Source: Phycisphaerales bacterium
GTDB taxonomy: Bacteria > Planctomycetota > Phycisphaerae > WQYP01
DNA length: 64,000 nucleotides
NCBI GenBank assembly: GCA_027366115.1
Contig: DAHXLH010000029.1
Location: 7,950-71,949 of the forward strand
Direction: 5' to 3'
Shown here: piece after piece, positions 27,462-37,899 of the stretch
How the letters are laid out: each line of letters opens with the position of its first letter
How positions within the stretch are numbered: position 1 is the stretch's first letter
The notes under the pieces: model-generated
What the model was told of the DNA's origin: nothing
Databases searched by the model: none
The model's input: only the letters and a program-made list of their open reading frames with translations
Program-made: the position numbers and the translations under genes

Positions 27462-27682
27462 ACGGCGTTGCGCCCATGGTCAAGTATCGCGTGATGGAAC
27501 TACAAAATCCATCGGTGAACGCCGGTGTCCGGCCATCAGAATAAGTCGTAATTCGCCGTAGGATTTTGACCTATACCTGGCGAAAGGGTGCAGCCATTGC
27601 CGGCGGAAGCTTTTTGTAAGCAACTGTGAATAATTCCCGAAGAGTTCAGTTCCCGCCCGCTCTGCCATGGTCAATGTCAGTG

Positions 27683-27709
27683 CGGCGACATGTCGCGGAG
27701 TTTTTATTT
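27683..27709 (+). terminator. Palindromic hairpin (cggcgacatgtcgcgg) followed by TTTTTATTT; possible terminator, orientation ambiguous
   Basis: Seen directly in the usp - CPA2 intergenic region. The T-tract is on the plus strand, but the nearest upstream coding gene is on the minus strand, so the role is uncertain. Confidence 0.3.
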
Positions 27710-27717
27710 CTCAGATT

Positions 27718-29889
27718 TTATGGAGTCTTCACGGCCTCGCCTCCGCCTGCGGAGACGGAGGGTTTATCGGCGGCGGACTTCTCCGGCGTGGCCGCATGGA
27801 CGATCAAAACCGAGCACGTGCTAAGCACCGCAACAGAGCTTTGATTACTGCCCAGCAGATGCTGTCGCAATCGCCATAACGGTGACATGCCCAGAATCAT
27901 GAGATCGTAATCGCGGGAGCACTCGCTGACGGCGGAAACTGGCGTATCGGTTTCAATGACGGTCATGCGGATTTGATTGCCGCCATCGGTTCCGGGCAAA
28001 AATCGATCCACCAGCTCCTTGACCCCTAAAGGTTCCGCGTCATTAGGGCGTTTGGGTTTCACAACATGCAGGATGGTGATTTCCACATCGGCATTTTTAC
28101 TGATTCTCTGCGCTGCCAGCAGGGCACCGGCATCCTGCGCTTCACCGAGATAAGGTACGAGCACCCGGCGAAGGGTGGTCAGGCGTTTGTTGATGAGAAT
28201 GGCCACATTCTTGCTGCTGTGTTTCAGCACATGGTCCACCACGCCGCCGAGCACGGACGTATTGACGATTCCCTGATGGGCACCCAGCACGGTCCAATCC
28301 ACCTGTTGATGTTCAATAACTTTGCAGATATCCCGTGCAATGTGCATGCTGGGCGGCGAAAGGGTTGTGAGTTCAAAATTCAGAGTTTTCGCTTCCGCAG
28401 CGGCAAGGGTAATAGGATCGAACTCGTCGGCCTTCGCGGTATCACTAACGATAGATGATTCCGCAGGCTGGCGCAGCAAAAGTGCGGTAATGCGCCCCGG
28501 TTCGCCCCCCAATAGAGCGTGCGATACGTGTATTAACCCTCTCACTGTGCCGGTTTGGGAAAGTGATGCCAGAATATGGAGTTTCGGGGCTTCATCTTTT
28601 GGCGTTTCGGTAGCGGCGATGTCGGCCTGCGATCGGCGACGCATGGGCAGTCGTGCCACGCGCAGCAAAATTGAGGCTATGGTGGTAATAGCCAGAAACG
28701 CCAGCACCAGCACCGTTAAGGTTCTTGAACTGATCGCCCCCATTTGCCACGCCAGACTCAGCACCACAAGTTCCACCACGCCGTGGGTATTCATCAGCAG
28801 ACCGGTTAAGCCTGCGGCGCTCCAGCTTGAACCGGTGATTTTGGCCGTTACGCTGCTGAAGAAAAATTTCGCCAGCATCAGAACTGCGATCAGATATCCC
28901 CAGCTTTTCCAGACGGCCAGCGAATGCAGTTGTGTGATATTGATGTGCATGCCGACGCTGGCAAAAAATATCGGAAGCAGCAGCAGCAAAGTAATATCTT
29001 CAAGCTTGCTGGAAATATGGCGCACGAAATTTTCGCTCGAAGGAAACACCAGCCCCAGCATGAAGGCCCCGAATATGCCGTTGATACCCAGCGCCGTTGT
29101 CACCAGGCTGCTGACCAGGAGAAGAAAAAATGTCAGCGCCAGCACATCGCGGGTCACATGACCGCGAAGTTCAAAGTGCGACTCAAAACGCCAGAGAAAT
29201 CGGCGCACAAAAAACATCATCACAACAATATAGGCCCCGGCGAGAACCGCCGTTTTTATTCCCAATCCCACCGAGGATAATATATCGCCGTTGCCGGAAA
29301 GTTGCACTTTCGCCAGATCATACACGACCGCCAGCAGGCACCATCCGGATACATCCAGCACGGCCCCCGTGGTGATAACAAATGCCCCGACCTCGGTGTC
29401 TTTCAGATTCTGCTCATTGATGATTCGGGCCAAAACCGGAAACGCGGTCATCCCCATCGCCAGTGCGGCCATCAGGATAAAGGCCGCCGGCGATTTTACA
29501 TGTCCCACCAGAGCGGGGTGCTTGAGCATCAGCCACGCAATAAGCAATCCTGCCGCAAAAGGACCCAGGAGACTGACTAAACCGGTGGCAACGACACTGG
29601 CCCCTTTGCCCCGCACGCGAGCCAGGTCCAGTTCCAAGCCCACGATAAACATAAAAAACATGACGCCCAGTTGGGCAAGCAGGTTCAGAAACTGCATTCC
29701 TTTAGCCGGAAACAGCCAATGAAAATAGGCTCCGTGGGCCAGCAGCCCCAGCGCGGAAGGCCCAATAATCAGGCCGCCGATCATTTCTCCAATGACTTCC
29801 GGTTGCCCCAACAGCCGCAATAGCGCACCGCAAAAACGTGCCGCCAACAGGATCACGGCAATTTGCATAATCAGATGTTCAATGGTCAA
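27718..29889 (-). CDS. Monovalent cation:proton antiporter-2 (CPA2, KefB/NhaP-like) fused to C-terminal tandem universal-stress-protein domains
   Basis: 723 aa. N-terminal ~400 aa with about 12 TM helices and the CPA2-like start MTIEHLIMQIAVILLAARFCGALLRLLGQPEVIGEMIGGLIIGPS. C-terminal ~290 aa with two Usp-like alpha/beta units (VLVPYLG..ITILHVV and MILGMSPLWRLRQHLLGSNQSSVAVLSTCSVLIVH). Confidence 0.85.
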   Translation of the reverse strand: MTIEHLIMQIAVILLAARFCGALLRLLGQPEVIGEMIGGLIIGPSALGLLAHGAYFHWLFPAKGMQFLNLLAQLGVMFFMFIVGLELDLARVRGKGASVVATGLVSLLGPFAAGLLIAWLMLKHPALVGHVKSPAAFILMAALAMGMTAFPVLARIINEQNLKDTEVGAFVITTGAVLDVSGWCLLAVVYDLAKVQLSGNGDILSSVGLGIKTAVLAGAYIVVMMFFVRRFLWRFESHFELRGHVTRDVLALTFFLLLVSSLVTTALGINGIFGAFMLGLVFPSSENFVRHISSKLEDITLLLLLPIFFASVGMHINITQLHSLAVWKSWGYLIAVLMLAKFFFSSVTAKITGSSWSAAGLTGLLMNTHGVVELVVLSLAWQMGAISSRTLTVLVLAFLAITTIASILLRVARLPMRRRSQADIAATETPKDEAPKLHILASLSQTGTVRGLIHVSHALLGGEPGRITALLLRQPAESSIVSDTAKADEFDPITLAAAEAKTLNFELTTLSPPSMHIARDICKVIEHQQVDWTVLGAHQGIVNTSVLGGVVDHVLKHSSKNVAILINKRLTTLRRVLVPYLGEAQDAGALLAAQRISKNADVEITILHVVKPKRPNDAEPLGVKELVDRFLPGTDGGNQIRMTVIETDTPVSAVSECSRDYDLMILGMSPLWRLRQHLLGSNQSSVAVLSTCSVLIVHAATPEKSAADKPSVSAGGGEAVKTP

Positions 29890-30057
29890 GCGGTACGTAA
29901 GCTCCAGCAGGAATTTCCCGTATTCTACAGTACCATGTCCTTGCGATGACGGCTAATGCACGAGGTCGATTATGTAAGGGTATATCAGCGCGGCAACTAA
30001 TACGATATAATGCCCGATTCGGGCCGCTGGGTGCCCGGCTGAGGAACGCAGTGAGTC

Positions 30058-31074
30058 ATGAAACAGATTCGTGTTGCCATTATAGGCGCTACCGGTTACA
30101 CATCCTTGGAGACCATACGCTGGTTGCTTAAGCACCCGGTTGCGAAAATCACGTACCTTGCCAGCCGGCAGCAGGAACAACCGATCAGTGAACTATTTCC
30201 GGAACTCCTGGGCCGCATCCATCTGCCCATAGCGCCGTTTGACGCGGACGCCATTAAACAGGCTGCGGATGTGGCGTTTTTGTGCTTACCACATGTCGCG
30301 GCCATGCAGCACGTTCCGCCGCTGCTGGACGCTGGCCTGAAGGTCATTGATTTATCAGCGGATTATCGGCTTAAAGATGCCGCGTTATATGAAAAGTGGT
30401 ACAAGCACGCCCATATTGATGCAAAAAATCTGGGGGCGGCGGTTTATGGCTTGCCGGAGTTTTTTTCCGCGGAAATTAAAACAGCGTCCTTCGTCAGTAA
30501 TCCGGGATGTTACCCCACCGCGGCTGCCCTGGGCATTGCGCCCTTGTTGCAAGCCGGGCTGGTAGAACCAACAGATATTATTATTAATGCGGCCTCCGGC
30601 ATTTCCGGGGCTGGCCGTACGCCATCGCAGTCGCATCATTTTCCTGAACGCAACGAAACCTTTGAACCCTACGGCATTGCCTCGCATCGTCATGCACCGG
30701 AAATTCAGCAGACACTTGAAGCCATTTCGGGCCACGCTGTACACATGCTGTTTGTGCCGCACTTGATTCCCATAGATCGCGGAATCTTGGAAACCATCTA
30801 TCTCAAAGCCAAGCCCGGCGCGAAGCTCGATGACGCGCTGGCCGCGTATGACCATGCTTATCGTGGCAAGCCGTTCGTGCGGATGCGGATGAATAATCTG
30901 CCGAGCACAAAATATGTCGCCCATACCAATTTCGCCGATATTTCTGTGAAATTTTACAACGGGCGGTTTGTGGTGCTGTGTGCCATTGACAATATGGTCA
31001 AAGGGGCCGCGGGACAGGCCATTGAAAATATGAATCTGATGTTTGGAATCGATGAAACCGCCGGACTGCTCTAA
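30058..31074 (+). CDS. argC: N-acetyl-gamma-glutamyl-phosphate reductase
   Basis: 338 aa. Motifs VAIIGATGYTS and GCYPTAA with the catalytic Cys. ArgC-like length. Confidence 0.9.
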   Translation: MKQIRVAIIGATGYTSLETIRWLLKHPVAKITYLASRQQEQPISELFPELLGRIHLPIAPFDADAIKQAADVAFLCLPHVAAMQHVPPLLDAGLKVIDLSADYRLKDAALYEKWYKHAHIDAKNLGAAVYGLPEFFSAEIKTASFVSNPGCYPTAAALGIAPLLQAGLVEPTDIIINAASGISGAGRTPSQSHHFPERNETFEPYGIASHRHAPEIQQTLEAISGHAVHMLFVPHLIPIDRGILETIYLKAKPGAKLDDALAAYDHAYRGKPFVRMRMNNLPSTKYVAHTNFADISVKFYNGRFVVLCAIDNMVKGAAGQAIENMNLMFGIDETAGLL

Positions 31075-31248
31075 TGGCCAGGTTGCCGCCCCGGTGCGAT
31101 GTGCTCGAGGCGCTGGACCAGCGGTTCAACTAACGGCCTGCTGCCGCAACTTGGTTGCAAAAATCCAGGGGACACTTTTTAATTTTATTAATTCTCCGGC
31201 ACGGCTCGGAACGGTCTGTACACCGGTAAGCTCAAACAGGAGTGCTTC

Positions 31249-32232
31249 ATGAAATTTTCCGCTGGATCGTACCGGCACGCGAGTTGGAGCCTTGCTATCC
31301 TGCTTGCGGCGGCCGCAACGGGAATATGTCAGGCCGGCGATACGCAATATCTGGCACAGCAGTCCTGGCTGCCTGGAGAAAATATGCAGTCCTTGAATGA
31401 AGGATTCATAGAAAATAAGTCGTGGATACGTAATGACTCTTCGCCTGCACAAATCAGCATGCTAAATTTTTCCGGCCGATTGCGACTTGCCGACACCGGT
31501 CGCTACAGCCCCACGGTGGCCTATGATTCAACGTATATCGGCCTGGGCACGAGCACGGCACTGTTGCCGCGGCAACTCAATGATGAGTCTGTATCCGTAG
31601 GAACGCCCATCGGGCAATTTGGCCAGTGGGGGGTGGGCGTCGCGCTGGGTGCGGGATACGCGGGCAATGCGCCGTTTAATGACCCGAGTGCGATTTACGG
31701 CATGGCACGTGTTACGGTGCAGCATAAGTTGTCGAAAAATACCGAACTGGATCTGGCTTTGGATTACAGCGGCAATCGGCAGTTCATGCCCGATGTTCCC
31801 TTGCCTTCGGTGGAAGTGCAGCACCATCAGAAGGGCCTGGAGTATGCCTTTGGATTTCCCTACGAATCCATAAACTGGAACGTCCTGCCCCGGCTGTGGC
31901 TGAAAATAAATTACTTCCCGATTGACACCGGCACGGCCGAAGTGGACTACACGATCCTGCATGGGCTTGCGGCGTACACCGAATTTGAAAGTGACTCCTG
32001 GGCGTTTCATGTCAGTAGCTATCAATCAGATCAGCGCTTGTTTTTCACGCAGTGTCGGCTGCAAGCCGGCCTCAAACTCTTTACGCTGCATCGCGATGTG
32101 AATGTTAATTGTGGTGCCGGGTACGCCTTTAATCAGGCCTTCAGCCAGGGCTTTGATGCGCGGGACGAACAGGCGGTGGCGCAAATTGCCAATGCGGCGT
32201 ATGTCATGGTCAGCCTCGACGCGCGATTCTAA
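31249..32232 (+). CDS. Putative outer-membrane beta-barrel protein
   Basis: 327 aa. N-terminal signal peptide (SWSLAILLAAAATGICQA), alternating amphipathic beta-strand pattern, C-terminal ...VSLDARF with terminal Phe. Confidence 0.5.
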   Translation: MKFSAGSYRHASWSLAILLAAAATGICQAGDTQYLAQQSWLPGENMQSLNEGFIENKSWIRNDSSPAQISMLNFSGRLRLADTGRYSPTVAYDSTYIGLGTSTALLPRQLNDESVSVGTPIGQFGQWGVGVALGAGYAGNAPFNDPSAIYGMARVTVQHKLSKNTELDLALDYSGNRQFMPDVPLPSVEVQHHQKGLEYAFGFPYESINWNVLPRLWLKINYFPIDTGTAEVDYTILHGLAAYTEFESDSWAFHVSSYQSDQRLFFTQCRLQAGLKLFTLHRDVNVNCGAGYAFNQAFSQGFDARDEQAVAQIANAAYVMVSLDARF

Positions 32233-32236
32233 TTAC

Positions 32237-35200
32237 TTACACCACGGGCCGGCCTACTTTTACGCGGTGTACAATTCCCAATAACGCTGGCAGAATCACC
32301 AGCGTCAGCGGCAGTTGCACACACAAGCCGGTGATAATCGCGATAGCCAGCGGCTGTTGCATTTGTGATCCCTGGCCCATGCCCAAGGCCAGGGGCAAAA
32401 GAGCCAGGATCGCGGCAATCGTGGTCATGGCGATCGGTCTCATGCGGTTCTTACCGGCGTCAATCAGGCGTTTAAGCACCGCCGTGTCATCGCTCATATC
32501 GTTGTATTCCGAGTAATAAAATATTCCGACTTCCGTCACAATTCCCACCACCATGGTCATGCCCATCATGGAAGAAACATTAAGCTCTGTATGCGTAATC
32601 CATAGGCCGACAAATACGCAGCATAGCGCCAAGATCGGAATCGACAGCATGGCCAGAGCCACGCGGAAATGTTCATAAAGAAATAGCAGCACCAGGAAGA
32701 CCAGCAAAACCGCCGCGACCATCACCACCAACAGGCCCCTAAATGCGATTTGCTGTTGTTTGTACAATCCACCCATCGCATAATACATACCGTGGGGAAA
32801 CATGCCGGGTTTATTGAGCACCTGTTGCACCGCTGCAACTGTCGAACCCATATCACGGCCGTTGATGCGGGCGGTAACGGCGATCATGCGTTTGAGATTA
32901 TCGCTGAAAATCTCCTGCTGCCCGGTAAGCGTTTCAATCGACGCCACATCTTTTAGCGGAAATAAATGTCCATCGGGCGCTCGCAACAGCAGATCGTCGA
33001 TATCCTGTTCTGTGGCGCGGTCGGCCTGGGGAACCCACACACGCACGCCAATCATCTGCGGCCCGCGTTGAATTCGTGTGGTCACCGTGCCGGAAAGATA
33101 CTGATTTAATGCGGTGGTAATAGCGCCGGCGGTCATCCCCTGCAGGGCGGCCTTTATGCGATTCACACGGATCTGCAGCGCATCGCCCGCGATCTGAATA
33201 CCGCTGCGTACTTCCACCACGCCCGCAATCGAGGATATGGCCCGTTTCACTTTCAGGGCTTGTGCATCGAGCAGGGGGCCGCTGTCCGAGAAAATTTTTA
33301 TTTCAATGGGCTGCGGTACCGCGGTCAGATCCCCGATGAGGTCCTGCATCATCTGGGCGGTGTCAATTTTCAGCCCCGGCACCCGCTGGCGGATTCGTCG
33401 GCGAATAGCGGTCATAATCTGCTCAATGGGTGGTCTGGGGAATCCCTTCAGGCGGATAAAAAAATCACCGGTGTAGGATCGTGTGGTGCCGCCGCCGAGT
33501 TGTAATCCGGTTCGGCGGGAAAATGTATCGACATATTTATTAGCGAGAATTATTTTCTCAACTTCCAGCAGCAGCCGATTGGTTTCGGTGGGGGATGTGC
33601 CTGGATTAGCTACGTAGTTGAGAATAAAACCCCCTTCATCCATGTGGGGCATAAAACCACTTCCGACGTTCTTATAGGCGACAAACCCCAAGACCAGAAT
33701 GGGAATAAGCACGACCAGCACCAATGCCGGTGCTCGCAGAATCCGTACCATGATCCAACCATAAAGGCGATGAAGATAGGCGGTGATTCGCCCGCCTTCG
33801 GGTTGATTGGCATCCCGTTGATTGAGAAAACCCGCGGCCAGCACCGGAACCGCCAGCCAGGCCATAAAAAAAGAAATCAGCAGGCTCGCCGCCATGGTCA
33901 ACGACAATGCTTTAAAAAACGCCCCCGTGACGCCGGAAAGAAAGGCCAGCGGCGCGAAAATAATCATCGTAGACGTAGATGATCCGGCCAGCGGGCCGGT
34001 AAATTCCCGTGTCGCTTTGATGACCCGCCCGCGCATCTCGCCAGTGGCTCCGCGGGTGCGCCGCACAATGTGTTCCACCATCACAATGGCGTCATCAATA
34101 ATCAACCCCACCGCCGCCGCCATACCGCCCAGCGTCATGATGTTGAACGTCATGTGGAACAGATACAAAAGAAGAATGGTGGAACTTAACACCGCCGGTA
34201 CCACCAGCGCGGCGATCAACGTAATTTTCCAGTTGCGCAAAAATAGCAGCAGTACCACAACCGCAAGAATGATTCCAATGATGACCGCATCCCGCACAGA
34301 TGCCGCAGACGCCAGAATAAGCTGACTTTGATTGTACCAGGTGGCCATCGTGATGCCTGCTGGAAGATTCTTCTTAAAACTGTCGATTTTGCTTTTGATA
34401 TCCGCGGCAATTCGCACTGTATTGCCGCCCGGTTGCTGAAAAACCTGTAAGAGCACGGCCGGGTGTCCGTCGGCGTCCACACGCGTCCACTGAGGCTTTG
34501 TGGAAAGCTTAACGGTGGCGACGTCACCCAGTCGAACCAGCCCGTTGGCACCCGTGCGCAGCACCACCTGTTGAATCTGGCGGATGCTGCGATAGCTGGT
34601 GTTGGAAATAATCAGATAAAGTTTGTCATGATCTTCAAATTTCCCCACCGCACTTAATACGTTGGCCGCGCCAAGGGCTTGGGAAACATCCGCCAGCGTC
34701 ATGTTAAATGCCTGCAGGCGAGCCGGATCAACAATGACGTGATATTCCGGCGTCGCGCCGCCCTGTACCTGCACCCGCGCTACGCCGCGCACCGTGGAAA
34801 TCACCGGTTCAATCTGATATTTAGCAATCGTACGCAGGCGGCTGGGCGATACCGTGGAGGAGGTCAGGCTGTATCCCAATACTGGAAAGTTGGTGGTGTC
34901 CATGCGTTTGGCGCGAAAGCTCGTTTCGGCGGGCAGTCTGGGCAGGATGCCGTTAATCTGCGAGTCCACTTCCAGCAATGCCTGAGCCATGTTGGAACCC
35001 CAGGCGAAGCCGATTTTCAGTTCACATGAGCCGCGGCCGGTACGGGCTTGAACCGCTAGCACGCCGGGGATGGACCGCACCGCTTGTTCCACCGGATAAG
35101 TTACAGACACGGCCATCCGTTGGGCCGGTTGTTCGCCGGAATCCACCGAGACTTCAATGCGCGGAAAGCTTACCCGCGGAAATAGCGACACCGGCAGCCC

Positions 35201-35290
35201 CAGAGCGGCCAACGCACCGCCCAATGCCAAAACCAGCATGATAAACAGCACCGATCGTGTGTGCTTATGGATCCATTGATTAAAATTCAT
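32237..35290 (-). CDS. RND efflux permease, heavy-metal-efflux (CzcA/CusA-like) type
   Basis: 1017 aa, 12-TM RND architecture with two large periplasmic loops. N-terminal MNFNQWIHKHTRSVLFIMLVLALGG...FPRVSFPRIEV is typical of HME-RND. Overlaps the adaptor gene by 4 nt. Confidence 0.9.
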   Translation of the reverse strand: MNFNQWIHKHTRSVLFIMLVLALGGALAALGLPVSLFPRVSFPRIEVSVDSGEQPAQRMAVSVTYPVEQAVRSIPGVLAVQARTGRGSCELKIGFAWGSNMAQALLEVDSQINGILPRLPAETSFRAKRMDTTNFPVLGYSLTSSTVSPSRLRTIAKYQIEPVISTVRGVARVQVQGGATPEYHVIVDPARLQAFNMTLADVSQALGAANVLSAVGKFEDHDKLYLIISNTSYRSIRQIQQVVLRTGANGLVRLGDVATVKLSTKPQWTRVDADGHPAVLLQVFQQPGGNTVRIAADIKSKIDSFKKNLPAGITMATWYNQSQLILASAASVRDAVIIGIILAVVVLLLFLRNWKITLIAALVVPAVLSSTILLLYLFHMTFNIMTLGGMAAAVGLIIDDAIVMVEHIVRRTRGATGEMRGRVIKATREFTGPLAGSSTSTMIIFAPLAFLSGVTGAFFKALSLTMAASLLISFFMAWLAVPVLAAGFLNQRDANQPEGGRITAYLHRLYGWIMVRILRAPALVLVVLIPILVLGFVAYKNVGSGFMPHMDEGGFILNYVANPGTSPTETNRLLLEVEKIILANKYVDTFSRRTGLQLGGGTTRSYTGDFFIRLKGFPRPPIEQIMTAIRRRIRQRVPGLKIDTAQMMQDLIGDLTAVPQPIEIKIFSDSGPLLDAQALKVKRAISSIAGVVEVRSGIQIAGDALQIRVNRIKAALQGMTAGAITTALNQYLSGTVTTRIQRGPQMIGVRVWVPQADRATEQDIDDLLLRAPDGHLFPLKDVASIETLTGQQEIFSDNLKRMIAVTARINGRDMGSTVAAVQQVLNKPGMFPHGMYYAMGGLYKQQQIAFRGLLVVMVAAVLLVFLVLLFLYEHFRVALAMLSIPILALCCVFVGLWITHTELNVSSMMGMTMVVGIVTEVGIFYYSEYNDMSDDTAVLKRLIDAGKNRMRPIAMTTIAAILALLPLALGMGQGSQMQQPLAIAIITGLCVQLPLTLVILPALLGIVHRVKVGRPVV

Positions 35291-36390
35291 GGCTTAAAAG
35301 TCCCTGTAACGGCCATCCCGTTGGTTAATTCCGCATTCCCCACAATCACCGCCTGATCCCCTGCCATCACATTGCTGTTGAGCAGTTGCACATAGCGCGT
35401 ATTGGTTAAACCAATATGCACCAGATGCAATACCGCCCGGCCATTGTGCACGGTGAATAATTCCTGCGCATTCCCCGCCGGCAGCACCGCCGCGCGTGGA
35501 ACCACCAGTCCCGTAGCCTTTGCGATAATCAATTTTCCTTCCACATATTGCCCCAGCAGCAGCCCCGAGTGCATACGAGGCGTGACAAACACATCCACCA
35601 GCCGAGTCAGCGGATTGACGCGCTGCGTAATTAAGGAAATACTGCCCAGAATCTGGCGCGTTGCCGGTTCGCCTACCGGCGTCAGCGCTACAGCTTGCCC
35701 GCGCCGCACTTTTATGGAGTCCTCCGGTTCCAAGCCTAACTGGACTTCAATATTGCGGGAGGACACCAGTTGTAAAAGGGGCGCGCCGGGTAAAACAATC
35801 TGTCCCGGTCCTGAAAGTATCTTCGCTACCACGCCACGGGCGGGGGCTTTTATTAAACGCGGGCCGCCGATCCCCAGCGTTTTCAGATTTGTCAAATTCA
35901 GTTGCGCCAGTTTCAGTGCCTGCCGGGCCGCCAGCAGGCTTTGCCGGGTAGCCAGATGCAGGGCAAATTTTTGTTTTACTTCCGATAGTTGCTCCTCCGC
36001 GGAAAGCGCCGAACTCTGGGCCTGCGCCAGCCGCAGCAGTTCGGAATTCGTTGATTCCAGTTGCAGCAGAGGTTCGTTTTTTCTGACGTACTGCCCCCCG
36101 GCAACCAGAATGCGGAGCACCTGCGCATTAAATGGAACCGCCACATTGCGAATTGAACTGGCCCGCGCCACGACTGTGCCATAAGCCACGACCGAAGCGG
36201 AAATGCTTTGCCTGCGGACCGGCACGGTTTTGACATAGGCAGTCACCGGTGGAACGGCCTGGCCGGTGCCGGCGACCGCGGTACTTGCCGCAGTCGCCCT
36301 CGGGCCTGTCTGGTGCCAGACGGCAACGCTGGTCCCCAGTGCCGAAAGCAGCACCACTGCCCAAGTTATCCGTTTCATGCTTCGAGTCAT
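35287..36390 (-). CDS. RND efflux periplasmic adaptor (membrane fusion protein)
   Basis: 367 aa. Signal/anchor, coiled-coil hairpin region (LSAEEQLSEVKQKFALHLATRQSLLAARQALKLAQLNLTNLK) and beta-barrel/lipoyl-like segments. Overlaps flanking genes by 4 nt. Confidence 0.85.
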   Translation of the reverse strand: MTRSMKRITWAVVLLSALGTSVAVWHQTGPRATAASTAVAGTGQAVPPVTAYVKTVPVRRQSISASVVAYGTVVARASSIRNVAVPFNAQVLRILVAGGQYVRKNEPLLQLESTNSELLRLAQAQSSALSAEEQLSEVKQKFALHLATRQSLLAARQALKLAQLNLTNLKTLGIGGPRLIKAPARGVVAKILSGPGQIVLPGAPLLQLVSSRNIEVQLGLEPEDSIKVRRGQAVALTPVGEPATRQILGSISLITQRVNPLTRLVDVFVTPRMHSGLLLGQYVEGKLIIAKATGLVVPRAAVLPAGNAQELFTVHNGRAVLHLVHIGLTNTRYVQLLNSNVMAGDQAVIVGNAELTNGMAVTGTFKP

Positions 36391-37817
36391 GGTGTGGTCG
36401 CTCCTTGTTGCACAGGTATCCGCTTGGATCGCATTTCCGGCACATACGTGCCGGCGGCCAGAGCCAGTGCAATGCGATTACGTTCAAGCTGGTTTTTAAG
36501 CTGAATCACATTGATGCGTTTTTGAATTAACTGATCCACTTCCGTGTAGTAGCTGACAATATCAACATTGCCGAACTTCAGCGCCTGTTGATAGGTTTGC
36601 ACAAGCTTCGCCAGACTTTTTACCGCCGCATCGCTGGCCGCAATTTGTGCCCCTAACGCATGAATATCGGAATAGGCCAGGGCCACCGCGGAACGGGCGG
36701 TAAATTCGCGGGCAATATAGCTGTCATAGAGGAGCTTGCGCGTCGCTTTGTCAATGGCAATATTCCCCTGATTGCGATCGAAGATCGGCAGGTCAATCGT
36801 GACGCCGAAGCCGGTGGTATGCACATTGGTGGTGTCGCTGGCCTGCTGAAACCCCAGACTTAACCGCGGAAATTGCCGCAGCACCGCCGCCCGCAGCGTC
36901 TCCTGCTGGCTTTGATATCCCAGTTTTAACGCCACCAGATCCAGCCGTAGTCGCGGCAAATCTTTTAAAATGGCCCGCTCCGATGGTAAGGCAATGCGTG
37001 CGGGAAACCGAATCGTGCGGCTTAATCGAATGGGTGCATCAATCGGCAGGCCCATAACCATCCGCAGGCGATTGAGATTTTGGTCACGTTTTTGTGTTAA
37101 AGATTCCACCAGTGCTTGCGCCTGTTGGCTTGCGGCACGAGCCGCGCTTAAATCCAAGATGGTATTAAGGCTTGCATTGTACGCTTTCTGGACTACGTGT
37201 TCATTGGTTTGCAACTCGCTTTGCGCCAGGTGGGCCTGATGCAATTGTGCCTCGGTCGCCGCGAGATTATAAACCGCCAGCCGGGCCGCCTGCGCCGTTT
37301 GCCATTCCTGCCAGGCCACATCCAGATCCACTTGGCCACGGTGATATCGGGCTGAGGCAACGCGGGCATCATGATCAATTAATCGTGTGACATCCCAACT
37401 CACACCAAGACCATAACCTGTAAATGTCCCGGTACGATACCCCCCGGTCACCAGCGCCGTTGATTCCGACACTTGCGGGTTCGGTAAAATGCCGGCCTGA
37501 ATAACCTGCGCTGCCGCTTCATGCCGCTGATCCCGCGTTGCACGCAACGATGGATTGAGTATCACGGCTATGACCGCCGCCTCATTGGGCGTGATGCCAC
37601 CAGTCGGCCGCAGCGGCAGCGGCGGCAGGCCGATGCCGCGAATGCGTTGGGCGGAAATGCGCAACTGCTTCCATACCGGAACTTTCAATGCCTGATTGAC
37701 CCGCGCCTCCGTCAGCGGCATAGAATGATAACTTTGACAGCCCGCCAACAGTAGAAAGCCCGAAAGAACCAGCTCGCTGAAGCCCCTTATCTCCCGCTTC
37801 CGCCGGGCGGAAACCAT
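36387..37817 (-). CDS. Outer-membrane efflux lipoprotein (OMF/NodT/TolC-like)
   Basis: Track ORF extends to 37997 and overlaps the kinase gene. The internal start MVSARRKREIRGFSELVLSGFLLLAGC carries a lipobox (LLAGC). Body has the two OEP repeat halves typical of OMF proteins. Confidence 0.85.
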   Translation of the reverse strand: MVSARRKREIRGFSELVLSGFLLLAGCQSYHSMPLTEARVNQALKVPVWKQLRISAQRIRGIGLPPLPLRPTGGITPNEAAVIAVILNPSLRATRDQRHEAAAQVIQAGILPNPQVSESTALVTGGYRTGTFTGYGLGVSWDVTRLIDHDARVASARYHRGQVDLDVAWQEWQTAQAARLAVYNLAATEAQLHQAHLAQSELQTNEHVVQKAYNASLNTILDLSAARAASQQAQALVESLTQKRDQNLNRLRMVMGLPIDAPIRLSRTIRFPARIALPSERAILKDLPRLRLDLVALKLGYQSQQETLRAAVLRQFPRLSLGFQQASDTTNVHTTGFGVTIDLPIFDRNQGNIAIDKATRKLLYDSYIAREFTARSAVALAYSDIHALGAQIAASDAAVKSLAKLVQTYQQALKFGNVDIVSYYTEVDQLIQKRINVIQLKNQLERNRIALALAAGTYVPEMRSKRIPVQQGATTP

Positions 37818-37899
37818 CCGCCTGAAAACCTCGCGCACGGTGCATTTGCCGATACACGCGGTACGGATTTTTTGATTCAGCCGGTGTGGCCGTGCCTGT

